A DNA stretch of 64,000 nucleotides, from assembly GCA_950097015.1 (NCBI GenBank), contig CATNEN010000003.1:11222001-11286000 (forward strand), in the 5' to 3' direction. Positions 39,572 through 51,476 of this stretch are shown one piece after another; position 1 is the first letter of the stretch; every line of letters begins with the position of its first letter. This stretch comes from Macrostomum hystrix (lineage: Eukaryota > Animalia > Platyhelminthes). Both the position numbers and the translations under genes were made by a program. Below the pieces are notes generated by a model. That model had not been told where the DNA came from. It ran no database searches and worked only from the letters and a program-made list of their open reading frames with translations.

Positions 39572-39927
39572 CCAGTTTGTCATAGTTTTTTTGGTGTCCA
39601 GGTTTTTTGTTTCGATGTGAAATCTTTTTACATTTTCTGCTGATGAAAAATAACTTGCCCTGATAATTCAAGATTCCTCCAGGGTGTGGTTAGATTTTCA
39701 TGTTATTTTCTTTTCTTAAAGTGTGTATTTTGAAACTTGAATACAATAAATCCTTTAAAAGAGAATTCAAAAATGAAGATCTGCTTAGAAATTGGCTAAC
39801 AATTATGTGCATTTTTTCAATTTTGTGTGTCAACTTGGAAAATGAGTTATGCCTCGAGTTTATAGTATTTATTATTTTAATTTGTTAATTAAGGCTTTGC
39901 TATTATAAATAGGCCGAAAATTTAATA

Positions 39928-42900
39928 TTGTGTGAAGAGGATGGCTGTGAATTGGGCTGAAAGTGTGTGAAGAGGATGGCTGTGAATTGGGCTGAAAGTG
40001 TGTGAAGAGGATGTCTGTGAATTGGGCTGAAAGTGTGTGAAGAGGATGGCTGTGAATTGGGTTGAAAGTCTGTGAAGAGGATGGCTGTGAATTGGACTGA
40101 AAGTTTGTGAAGAGGATGGCTGTGAATTGGGCTGAAAGTGTGTGAAGAGGATGGCTGTGAATTGGGTTGAAAGTCTGTGAAGAGGATGGCTGTGAATTGG
40201 ACTGAAAGTGTGTGAAGAGGATGGCTGTGAATTGGACTGAAAGTGTGTGAAGAGGATGTCTGTGAATTGGGCTGAAAGTGTGTGAATAGGATGGCTGTGA
40301 ATTGGGTTGAAAGTGTGTGAAGAGGATGGCTGTGAATTGGGCTGAAATTGTGTGAATAGGATGGCTGTGAATTGGGTTGAAAGTGTGTGATGAGGATGGC
40401 TTTGAATAGGATTCAAAGTGTGTGATGAGGATGGCTGTGAATTGGGTTGAAAGTGTGTGATGAGGATGGCTGTGAATAGGATTCAAAGTGTGTGATGAGG
40501 ATGGCTGTGAATAGGATTCAAAGTGTGTGATGAGGATGGCTGTGAATTGGGTTGAAAGTGTGTGAAGAGGATGGCTGTGAATAGGATTCAAAGTGTGTGA
40601 TGAGGATGGCTGTGAACAGGATTCAAAGTGTGTGATGAGGATGGCTGTGAATAGGATTCAAAGTGTGTGATGAGGATGGCTGTGAATAGGATTCAAAGTG
40701 TGTGATGAGGATGGCTGTGAATAGGATTCAAAGTGTGTGATGAGGATGGCTGTGAATAGGATTCAAAGTGTGTAAAGAGGATGGCTGTGAATAGGATTCA
40801 AAGTGTGTGAAGAGGATGGCTGTGAATTGGGTTGAAAGTGTGTGAAGAGGATGGCTGTGAATAGGATTCAAAGTGTGTGATGAGGATGGCTGTGAATAGG
40901 ATTCAAAGTGTGTGATGAGGATGGCTGTGAATAGGATTCAAAGTGTGTGAAGAGGATGGCTGTGAATAGGATTCAAAGTGTGTGAAGAGGATGGCTGTGA
41001 ATTGGGCTGAAATTGTGTGAATAGGATGGCTGTGAATTGGGTTGAAAGTGTGTGATGAGGATGGCTTTGAATAGGATTCAAAGTGTGTGATGAGGATGGC
41101 TGTGAACAGGATTCAAAGTGTGTGAAGAGGATGGCTGTGAATAGGATTCAAAGTGTGTGAAGAGGATGGCTGTGAATTGGGTTGAAAGTGTGTGAAGAGG
41201 ATGGCTGTGAATAGGATTCAAAGTGTGTGAAGAGGATGGCTGTGAATTGGGCTGAAATTGTGTGAATAGGATGGCTGTGAATTGGGTTGAAAGTGTGTGA
41301 TGAGGATGGCTTTGAATAGGATTCAAAGTGTGTGATGAGGATGGCTGTGAACAGGATTCAAAGTGTGTGATGAGGATGGCTGTGAATAGGATTCAAAGTG
41401 TGTGATGAGGATGGCTGTGAATAGGATTCAAAGTGTGTGATGAGGATGGCTGTGAATAGGATTCAAAGTGTGTGATGAGGATGGCTGTGAATAGGATTCA
41501 AAGTGTGTGAAGAGGATGGCTGTGAATAGGATTCAAAGTGTGTGAAGAGGATGGCTGTGAATTGGGCTGAAAGTGTGTGATGAGGATGGCTGTGAATAGG
41601 ATTCAAAGTGTGTGATGAGGATGGCTGTGAAAAGGATTCAAAGTGTGTGAAGAGGATGGCTGTGAATAGGATTCAAAGTGTGTGAAGAGGATGGCTGTGA
41701 ATTGGGTTGAAAGTGTGTGAAGAGGATGGCTGTGAATAGGATTCAAAGTGTGTGATGAGGATGGCTGTGAATAGGATTCAAAGTGTGTGATGAGGATGGC
41801 TGTGAATAGGATTCAAAGTGTGTGAAGAGGATGGCTGTGAATAGGATTCAAAGTGTGTGAAGAGGATGGCTGTGAATTGGGCTGAAATTGTGTGAATAGG
41901 ATGGCTGTGAATTGGGTTGAAAGTGTGTGATGAGGATGGCTTTGAATAGGATTCAAAGTGTGTGATGAGGATGGCTGTGAACAGGATTCAAAGTGTGTGA
42001 TGAGGATGGCTGTGAATAGGATTCAAAGTGTGTGATGAGGATGGCTGTGAATAGGATTCAAAGTGTGTGATGAGGATGGCTGTGAATAGGATTCAAAGTG
42101 TGTGAAGAGGATGGCTGTGAATAGGATTCAAAGTGTGTGAAGAGGATGGCTGTGAATTGGGTTGAAAGTGTGTGAAGAGGATGGCTGTGAATAGGATTCA
42201 AAGTGTGTGATGAGGATGGCTGTGAACAGGATTCAAAGTGTGTGATGAGGATGGCTGTGAATAGGATTCAAAGTGTGTGAAGAGGATGGCTGTGAATAGG
42301 ATTCAAAGTGTGTGATGAGGATGGCTGTGAATAGGATTCAAAGTGTGTGATGAGGATGGCTGTGAATAGGATTCAAAGTGTGTGATGAGGATGGCTGTGA
42401 ATAGGATTCAAAGTGTGTGATGAGGATGGCTGTGAATAGGATTCAAAGTGTGTGAAGAGGATGGCTGTGAATAGGATTCAAAGTGTGTGAAGAGGATGGC
42501 TGTGAATAGGATTCAAAGTGTGTGAAGAGGATGGCTGTGAATTGGGTTGAAAGTGTGTGAAGAGGATGGCTGTGAATAGGATTCAAAGTGTGTGATGAGG
42601 ATGGCTGTGAATAGGATTCAAAGTGTGTGAAGAGGATAGCTGTGAATAGGATTCAAAGTGTGTGAAGAGGATGGCTGTGAATAGGATTCAAAGTGTGTGA
42701 TGAGGATGGCTGTGAATAGGATTCAAAGTGTGTGAAGAGGATGGCTGTGAATAGGATTCAAAGTGTGTGAAGAGGATGGCTGTGAATAGGATTCAAAGTG
42801 TGTGATGAGGATGGCTGTGAATAGGATTCAAAGTGTGTGATGAGGATGGCTGTGAATAGGATTCAAAGTGTGTGATGAGGATGGCTGTGAATAGGATTCA

Positions 42901-43032
42901 AAGTGTGTGATGAGGATGGCTGTGAATAGGATTCAAAGTGTGTGAAGAGGATGGCTGTGAATAGGATTCAAAGTGTGTGAAGAGAATGGCTGTGAATTGG
43001 GCTGAAAGTGTGTGAAGAGGATGGCTGTGAAA
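39928..43032. repeat. 35-bp minisatellite AAGTGTGTGA(T/A)GAGGATGGCTGTGAATAGGATTCA, ~88 units, between LTN1 and ABRA
   Basis: Direct tandem array with a left-to-right gradient of variants. Confidence 0.97.
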
Positions 43033-43157
43033 GTCTTGTGAATCATGAGGAGAGTCTGTAAATAAAATATGGGAGTTTTTTTAGTTTTGAGGGAAGCAGT
43101 AGAAGATTCTTTGATTATAACTGTACAGTGTTGTAAAGCATGGTTCTGCTGTCTGGC

Positions 43158-44797
43158 ATGCTGCAATATTTCGAGGTAGTATCACCTATTCGAAACACAT
43201 TCGGTTCAAGGCTGATCAATCAGACAGCACCGCTGACTCAAAGCCGTGGTTGTCGCCAACCATCTCAGCTGGCGGAATAGCCAACCGGGTGTCGATTTGG
43301 AATGATCGATCACGGACTGCGGCTTCTGAACAGTTGCGAAATCCGTTTTCTAATCGGTTCGCTGGCCGCGCCGCTAGCGATGGTGAGACGGCTGCGGGGT
43401 TGCCGACTCGTCGCGACGCCGGCTACGGTAAGCCGACGCCGGGTTCTCGGACCGAAGCTCGCGGCTTTGCTGCTCACGACAGGATCAGCTCGGAGATGAC
43501 CGAGCTGTGCAGCGTGCTGCGTCAGGTTGGCCGGCCTGTGACACTTCAGAATGGGACTCAGGTGGGCTGCCTAATTAGCTATTGTGTGTGCCTTTATAAT
43601 ACGCGCTCGTATTAATGATTGCAGGAGGGCTGTGGGCAATGGCAGGGGACACTAGACCCGCAGCCAGCGATACTGTACGCAGGCATACGCTCACACAGGT
43701 GTGTACATCTGCCCTGACTTTCTCATCGTCAGGCAGTGTACACTTTCACTGTGCCTTGGTGGTTGGCCTTCAAGGATTAAATTGCATGACAAGCCACCAA
43801 GCTTTCTCTCAGCGGCTGCGCCCCAGATGAATCAGGGAATTGTGCAAAACTGCCTTTAATCGATCGAAGTTTTAACAGCTTCCCGTGCATATCACCCAAA
43901 ACAATTGATTTAAAGGAGCAGAAATTATTAATTCATTAACAATAGTTAATGACAGACTTACGGTGTATGAACCCATTCAACACTCGCTGCTGCCACGCTG
44001 CACTTCGTGATGCTGAACGCATCGAATATTGACAAAGACCAAACGATTATGAATGCGACGCATATCAACTGTGAACTTTGAGTTCTTTGACATTCTTTAC
44101 TGCTCATGCCAAGCCTAAGAAATAATTCTGTCGTTAAGTACTACACAATATAGTCCAGCCCAGTGACAGAATTGTGACAGCAATTTGACAAGCTATCATT
44201 TATATACACAAAGTCTAACAGGAACTGACAGCCACCGTCGAATTATAACTCTGCGATTCTTGCGTTGGACGCGTGCTCGGCCACCGACCCCGTGCTTGCT
44301 TTTATCCTTATATATCTTTAGAGCGACGGACTCGATGGTCGGAGGTTCGATTCCGGGCTAGATTACATATCAATGGGTTAAATGGGCACCTGCATCAGCT
44401 GGGGTAATTGAGGGTGGGTTTCGCGTCCGCCCCAGTCCATTGACTGATCAGCTGTAGGCAGCCTTCAGATGCGCAGCGCATTAGCTGCGGCTGTGCTGTC
44501 GGCTGCGCATCCGGCCTTATATTATCACTACTCATAGTAGACTCCCCCCGTGTTATCCCGCAGACATGGCAAGCTGAATTTGGCGATCTATTTCAAACCT
44601 ACGAGCGAATTTCCAACAAACTGGTTGGCGTTCTTTTGCGCGCCAGGAAGCACGGCCTCGTTCACTTCGAAGGCGAGATGCTATTTCAAGGCCGAGACAC
44701 GCACGTGGTCGTCACCTTGCTGAGAGATCCTTCGACCGATGAGACTGCTCAAGGTGATTTGCTTCTCAGGCCGTGCGATATGCACAGGCCTTCCTGA
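43158..44797 (+). CDS. ABRA: Actin-binding Rho-activating protein (STARS) with Costars domain. Exons 43158-43175 (tentative), 43211-43561, 44564-44797
   Basis: NPFS...GYGKPTPGSRTEARG...EMTELC spliced in phase 0 to FGDLFQTYERISNKLVGVLLRARKHGLVHFEGEMLFQGRDTHVVVTLL, the ABRA C-terminal signature. The start is uncertain. Confidence 0.88.
43610..44290 (-). mobile_element. SINE family A copy carrying a 431-bp Helitron-like insert (43832-44262)
   Basis: SINE body 43610-43831; insert begins A|TC; remnant of the SINE head (GGCCACCGACCCC) follows at ~44263-44291. Confidence 0.75.
44325..44525 (+). mobile_element. SINE family B copy in the ABRA intron
   Basis: GGTTCGATTCC B-box, then TAAATGGGCACC...GCAGCCTTCAGATGCGC...CGGCTGC, matching the reverse complement of 36700-36840. 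Confidence 0.7.
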
Positions 44798-44857
44798 ACA
44801 GTTTGCAGTTAGTTTGAGCAATCAGTTTTTTAATCGTCATTTGCCTACCCACCTGCT

Positions 44858-47800
44858 GAGTAATTCAGTGAGTCATCTGTTCACCATTATCATGAGTGCT
44901 TCAGTGAGTCATCTGTTCACCATTATCCTGAGTGCTTCAGTGAGTCATCTGTTCACCATTATCCTGAGTGCTTCAGTGAGTCATTTACCGACCATTATCC
45001 TGAGTGCTTCAGTGAGTCATTTACCGACCATTATTCTGAGTGCTTCAGTGAGTCATTTACCGACCATTATCCTGAGTGCTTCAGTGAGTCATTTACCGAC
45101 CATTATTCTGAGTGCTTCAGTGAGTCATTTACCGACCATTATCCTGAGTGCTTCAGTGAGTCATTTGTCTACCATTATCATGAGTGCTTCAGTAAGTCAT
45201 TTACCGACCATTATCCTGAGCGCTTCAGTGAGTCATTTGTCTACTATTATCATGAGCGATTCAGTGAGTCATTTGTCTACGATTATCATGAGTGATTCAG
45301 TGAGTCATTTGTCTACGATTATCCTGAGTGCTTCAGTGAGTCATTGCCTACCATTATCCTGAGTGATTCAGTGAGTCATTTACCGACCATTATCCTGAGT
45401 GCTTCAGTGAGTCATTGCCTACCATTATCCTGAGTGATTCAGTAAGTCATTTACCGACCATTATCCTGAGTGCTTCAGTGAGTCATTGCCTACCATTATC
45501 CTGAGTGATTCAGTGAGTCATTTACCGACCATTATCCTGAGTGCTTCAGTGAGTCATTTGTCTACCATTATCCTGAGTGCTTCAGTGAGTCATTTACCTA
45601 CCATTATCCTGAGTGCTTCAGTGAGTCATTTACCGACCATTATCATGAGTGCTTCAGTGAGTCATTGCCTACCATTATCCTGAGTGCTTCAGTGAGTCAT
45701 TTGTCTACTATTATCATGAGTGATTCAGTGAGTCATTTACCGACCATTATCATGAGTGCTTCAGTGAGTCATTGCCTACCATTATCCTGAGTGCTTCAGT
45801 GAATCATTTACCGACCATTATTCTGAGCGCTTCAGTGAGTCATTTGTCTACCATTATCCTGAGTGATTCAGTGAGTCATTTGTCTACGATTATCATGAGT
45901 GATTCAGTGAGTCATTTGTCTACCATTATCCTGAGTGCTTCAGTGAGTCATTGCCTACCATTATCCTGAGTGATTCAGTGAGTCATTTACCGACCATTAT
46001 CCCGAGTGCTTCAGTGAGTCATTTGTCTACCATTATCCTGAGTGCTTCAGTGAGTCATTTACCTACCATTATCCTGAGTGCTTCAGTGAGTCATTTACCG
46101 ACCATTATCATGAGTGCTTCAGTGAGTCATTGCCTACCATTATCCTGAGTGCTTCAGTGAGTCATTTGTCTACTATTATCATGAGTGATTCAGTGAGTCA
46201 TTTACCGACCATTATCATGAGTGCTTCAGTGAGTCATTGCCTACCATTATCCTGAGTGCTTCAGTGAATCATTTACCGACCATTATTCTGAGCGCTTCAG
46301 TGAGTCATTTGTCTACCATTATCCTGAGTGATTCAGTGAGTCATTTGTCTACGATTATCATGAGTGATTCAGTGAGTCATTTGTCTACCATTATCCTGAG
46401 TGCTTCAGTGAGTCATTTGTCTACGATTATCATGAGTGATTCAGTGAGTCATTTGTCTACCATTATCCTGAGTGCTTCAGTGAGTCATTTGTCTACGATT
46501 ATCATGAGTGATTCAGTGAGTCATTTGTCTACCATTATCCTGAGTGATTCAGTGAGTCATTTGTCTACGATTATCATGAGTGATTCAGTGAGTCATTTGT
46601 CTACCATTATCCTGAGTGCTTCAGTGAGTCATTTGTCTACCATTATCCTGAGTGATTCAGTGAGTCATTTGTCTACGATTATCATGAGTGATTCAGTGAG
46701 TCATTTGTCTACCATTATCCTGAGTGCTTCAGTGAGTCATTTGTCTACGATTATCATGAGTGATTCAGTGAGTCATTTGTCTACCATTATCCTGAGTGAT
46801 TCAGTGAGTCATTTGTCTACGATTATCATGAGTGATTCAGTGAGTCATTTGTCTACCATTATCCTGAGTGCTTCAGTGAGTCATTTGTCTACCATTATCC
46901 TGAGTGCTTCAGTGAGTCATTTGTCTACCATTATCCTGAGTGATTCAGTGAGTCATTTGTCTACGATTATCATGAGTGATTCAGTGAGTCATTTGTCTAC
47001 CATTATCCTGAGTGCTTCAGTGAGTCATTTGTCTACCATTATCCTGAGTGATTCAGTGAGTCATTTGTCTACGATTATCATGAGTGATTCAGTGAGTCAT
47101 TTGTCTACCATTATCCTGAGTGATTCAGTGAGTCATTTGTCTACGATTATCATGAGTGATTCAGTGAGTCATTTGTCTACCATTATCCTGAGTGATTCAG
47201 TGAGTCATTTGTCTACGATTATCATGAGTGATTCAGTGAGTCATTTGTCTACCATTATCCTGAGTGATTCAGTGAGTCATTTGTCTACGATTATCATGAG
47301 TGATTCAGTGAGTCATTTGTCTACCATTATCCTGAGTGATTCAGTGAGTCATTTGTCTACGATTATCATGAGTGATTCAGTGAGTCATTTGTCTACGATT
47401 ATCATGAGTGATTCAGTGAGTCATTTGTCTACCATTATCCTGAGTGATTCAGTGAGTCATTTGTCTACGATTATCATGAGTGATTCAGTGAGTCATTTGT
47501 CTACGATTATCATGAGTGATTCAGTGAGTCATTTGTCTACGATTATCATGAGTGATTCAGTGAGTCATTTGTCTACCATTATCCTGAGTGATTCAGTGAG
47601 TCATTTGTCTACGATTATCATGAGTGATTCAGTGAGTCATTTGTCTACCATTATCCTGAGTGATTCAGTGAGTCATTTGTCTACGATTATCATGAGTGAT
47701 TCAGTGAGTCATTTGTCTACCATTATCCTGAGTGATTCAGTGAGTCATTTGTCTACGATTATCATGAGTGATTCAGTGAGTCATTTGTCTACGATTATCA

Positions 47801-49108
47801 TGAGTGATTCAGTGAGTCATTTGTCTACCATTATCCTGAGTGATTCAGTGAGTCATTTGTCTACGATTATCATGAGTGATTCAGTGAGTCATTTGTCTAC
47901 GATTATCATGAGTGATTCAGTGAGTCATTTGTCTACGATTATCATGAGTGATTCAGTGAGTCATTTGTCTACCATTATCCTGAGTGATTCAGTGAGTCAT
48001 TTGTCTACGATTATCATGAGTGATTCAGTGAGTCATTTGTCTACGATTATCATGAGTGATTCAGTGAGTCATTTGTCTACCATTATCCTGAGTGATTCAG
48101 TGAGTCATTTGTCTACGATTATCATGAGTGATTCAGTGAGTCATTTGTCTACCATTATCCTGAGTGCTTCAGTGAGTCATTTGTCTACCATTATCCTGAG
48201 TGATTCAGTGAGTCATTTGTCTACGATTATCATGAGTGATTCAGTGAGTCATTTGTCTACCATTATCCTGAGTGCTTCAGTGAGTCATTTGTCTACGATT
48301 ATCATGAGTGATTCAGTGAGTCATTTGTCTACCATTATCCTGAGTGATTCAGTGAGTCATTTGTCTACGATTATCATGAGTGATTCAGTGAGTCATTTGT
48401 CTACCATTATCCTGAGTGCTTCAGTGAGTCATTTGTCTACCATTATCCTGAGTGCTTCAGTGAGTCATTTGTCTACCATTATCCTGAGTGATTCAGTGAG
48501 TCATTTGTCTACGATTATCATGAGTGATTCAGTGAGTCATTTGTCTACCATTATCCTGAGTGCTTCAGTGAGTCATTTGTCTACCATTATCCTGAGTGAT
48601 TCAGTGAGTCATTTGTCTACGATTATCATGAGTGATTCAGTGAGTCATTTGTCTACCATTATCCTGAGTGATTCAGTGAGTCATTTGTCTACGATTATCA
48701 TGAGTGATTCAGTGAGTCATTTGTCTACCATTATCCTGAGTGATTCAGTGAGTCATTTGTCTACGATTATCATGAGTGATTCAGTGAGTCATTTGTCTAC
48801 CATTATCCTGAGTGATTCAGTGAGTCATTTGTCTACGATTATCATGAGTGATTCAGTGAGTCATTTGTCTACCATTATCCTGAGTGATTCAGTGAGTCAT
48901 TTGTCTACCATTATCCTGAGTGCTTCAGTGAGTCATTTGTCTACCATTATCCTGAGTGATTCAGTGAGTCATTTGTCTACCATTATCCTGAGTGATTCAG
49001 TGAGTCATTTGTCTACCATTATCCTGAGTGATTCAGTGAGTCATTTGTCTACTATTATCATGAGTGATTCAGTGAGTCATTTGTCTACTATTATCATGAG
49101 TGATTCTG
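44858..49108. repeat. 36-bp minisatellite TGAGTGATTCAGTGAGTCATTTGTCTACCATTATCC, ~118 units, starting ~60 bp after the ABRA stop
   Basis: Direct tandem array with dimeric higher-order alternation; explains the 959-aa ORF. Confidence 0.97.
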
Positions 49109-49599
49109 TTGAGTAAATTGCTTGAATTTGAATTTCTCCTTAAATTTCTTACGCAAGCAATTTTATCATTAAATACATACGTAGCCGTTGTCTACGAGCT
49201 AGTCTGTCAAAAAAGGTATATTTTTTATTGCTAGTAAATTATAACTAGTTTTGTATTTTCAATTTCTTTAATGTAAAAAAACTAGACAGAAAATTAGTCA
49301 ATTAGAAATACACAATGACTGCCGCCAGACTAATGTATATTTAGAGAGATCTGAAAGTAATTTCACAGCTGACTTGACTCAGGAACAAGCAAGGTTTGAT
49401 CTTCGAACGAAATTACCCGCTTTGCCATTTTGACATTCTTTATTGGCTGCGTGCCAAAAATTTACTATAATTAAGACATGTGGGAATAATTTAAGGTAAT
49501 AAAAATCTTTGAATTCACATTATAAAATATAAACTCTAGTTTAACAGCTCACGATAATTTTCTTGGAGTTTCTCGCGAAAATCGATACTTTTTTCCTAG

Positions 49600-49680
49600 C
49601 CTTGCCTCGCCAAGGAATCGAACTCAAGGACATTAATGCGAGAGGCAAACGCGTTAACCGCTCTGCCACCGATCCCCAAT
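49600..49680 (-). mobile_element. Isolated tRNA-like head of SINE family A
   Basis: Reverse complement GGGATCGGTGGCAGAGCGGTTAACGCGTTTGCCTCTCGCA...GAGTTCGATTCC has A- and B-boxes. Confidence 0.65.
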
Positions 49681-49889
49681 GACCCAGTCGATACTGATAC
49701 CAATTTTACAGCTAAGTCAACTGAAGCAAACAGGCTATATAGAATATATTTTTGGGCTAAAATTCCCAAAATTGTAAATCTCTTTAGAAGCACAAAATGG
49801 ACTATTGTGCCAGCTCCCTGTATTCGATTGGTTCGTGATCTAACCATGTTCGAGTGTATATTTTTTAAACTATAAAGTGCGTCTGTTAA

Positions 49890-50547
49890 CGGTAGGACTA
49901 CCTAGCCATTTTGCCGCCCGTTTTTGTACCAAGGGGGGGGGGGGGGAAATTCCCCCCCTGAGAACATTTTTGGCAGCGCCTGAAAGCTAACCGCGTAGGG
50001 TGGTGACTGATTGGTTGACAGACTAGTCGAGGGTGTCATGTGGTTGAGCTGCGCCTAATAGTTAGGCTTGAACAGTGAAATAGGAGAAATTCGCGTCAGG
50101 GTGTCCATAGTGGCCTAGTTCCACCTGTTGTAGCTCTTGAACGTCTAGATAGATAAGAGAGATAGATCTAGATAAAGGTCGGTGACCGCCGAAGTCGGAG
50201 ATGATGCAAGCACATTCGGGTGACATGCTGATAAAGTTTGAAGGTCTGGAAAGGCCGCACTGAGGCGCAGTGCAAATTCGTGTATAGGGGTGTATGAAAT
50301 ACACTAGCTCGTATGGGAAAAATCGGACCTTCGGCCAGAAACATTGAATATCTCGACGGTCTGAAGAGCTGGCGACTTGTTTCTTGTTTCAGAAGATGCG
50401 CAACAAAAGTTGGCCCGTGTTCTTGAGCTTCGTGTGCTCGCATTGTTCCGTTCTGGTGCAGCAAAAAAAATTGTCAAGGGGGGGGGGAAACTAGTAGAAA
50501 AATTTGAAAAATTTGAAAAATTAGTACCCCCCTTGGTAGTTCTTCTG
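49890..50547 (+). mobile_element. TTAA-flanked non-autonomous DNA element (MITE), copy 1
   Basis: TTAA at 49886-49889 and 50548-50551; imperfect TIR C(A/G)GTAG(G/A)ACTACC; near-identical inverted copy at 59506-60119. Confidence 0.85.
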
Positions 50548-50792
50548 TTAAAAACGCTCTGCATTCCGCTATTAATAGCTTCCTTATTTCTAGTGTGGGA
50601 ATGTGCTGCAAATATGACGAACTCAGCTTAACTTAATCAGAGACAACTTATGAGAATCGCAAATTGGACTGTTTTTATTTGTTTAGACAGACCTTCACCG
50701 AATCTTCTCATTTAGAGTGTTTCCTGGACTTTTAATATAATTCATGGATTCGTATAATATATAGGCGTCTTTGCCACCAAGACAAATGTACA

Positions 50793-51218
50793 CTAGAATC
50801 GCAGAGTTATAATTCGACGGTGGCTGTCAGTTCCTGTTAGACTTTGTGTATATAAATGATAGCTTGTCAAATTGCTGTCACAATTCTGTCACTGGGCTGG
50901 ACTATATTGTGTAGTACTTAACGACAGAATTATTGGCTTGGCATGAGCAGTAAAGAATGTCAAAGAACTCAAAGTTCACAGTTAATATGCGTCGCATTCA
51001 TAATCGTTTGGTCTTTGTCAATCTTCGATGCGTTCAGCATCACGAAGTGCAGCGTGGCAGCAGCGAGTGTTGAATTGGTTCATACACCGTAAGTCTGTCA
51101 TTAACTATTGTTAATGAATTAATAATTTCTGCTCCGTTAAATCAATTGTTTGGGGTGATCTGCACGGGAAGCTGTTAAAACTTCGATCGATTAAAGGCAG
51201 TTTTGCACAATTCCCTGA
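50793..51218 (-). mobile_element. 426-bp Helitron-like insert (A|TC ... CTAG|T), inverted near-identical copy of 43832-44262
   Basis: Manual alignment shows ~6 substitutions plus one 5-bp indel. Termini fit the Helitron rule; no TSD or TIR; the 3' hairpin is weak. Confidence 0.6.
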
Positions 51219-51472
51219 TTAATCTGGGGCGCAGCCGCTGAGAGAAGGCTTAGGGGCTTGTCTTGCAATTTATACCTTGAAGGCCAAACTCCAAGGCACA
51301 GTGAGAGTGTACACTGCCTGACGATGAGAATGTCAGGGCAGATGTACACACCTGTGTGAGCGTGTGCTCATAAGTCAGAGAAATGAGCCGAATTTCCTCC
51401 CCGGTTGCTGAGGGTCTAGTGTCACCAAACGATGTGCCATGGCCTGCAGCCCTCCTGCAAATATCATTATTA
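51219..51472 (+). mobile_element. SINE family A 3' part, with its tail abutting the first visible Mcr exon
   Basis: Reverse complement of the family core, ending CCTGCAAATATCATTATTA immediately before CCAG|. Confidence 0.85.
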
Positions 51473-51476
51473 CCAG

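Noticed and set aside
39928-49108. CRISPR-like arrays (35-36-bp repeats)
   Set aside because: Units are head-to-tail with no unique spacers and no cas genes, in a eukaryotic context.
46237-49116. 959-aa repetitive ORF
   Set aside because: Translation of the 36-bp satellite; non-ATG start, and 1-bp-deleted units upstream break the frame freely.
50062-50304. Duplicated 80-aa ORF (also 59718-59960) as a small gene family
   Set aside because: Both lie inside near-identical MITE copies, start at non-ATG codons and are not preserved in the diverged copy.
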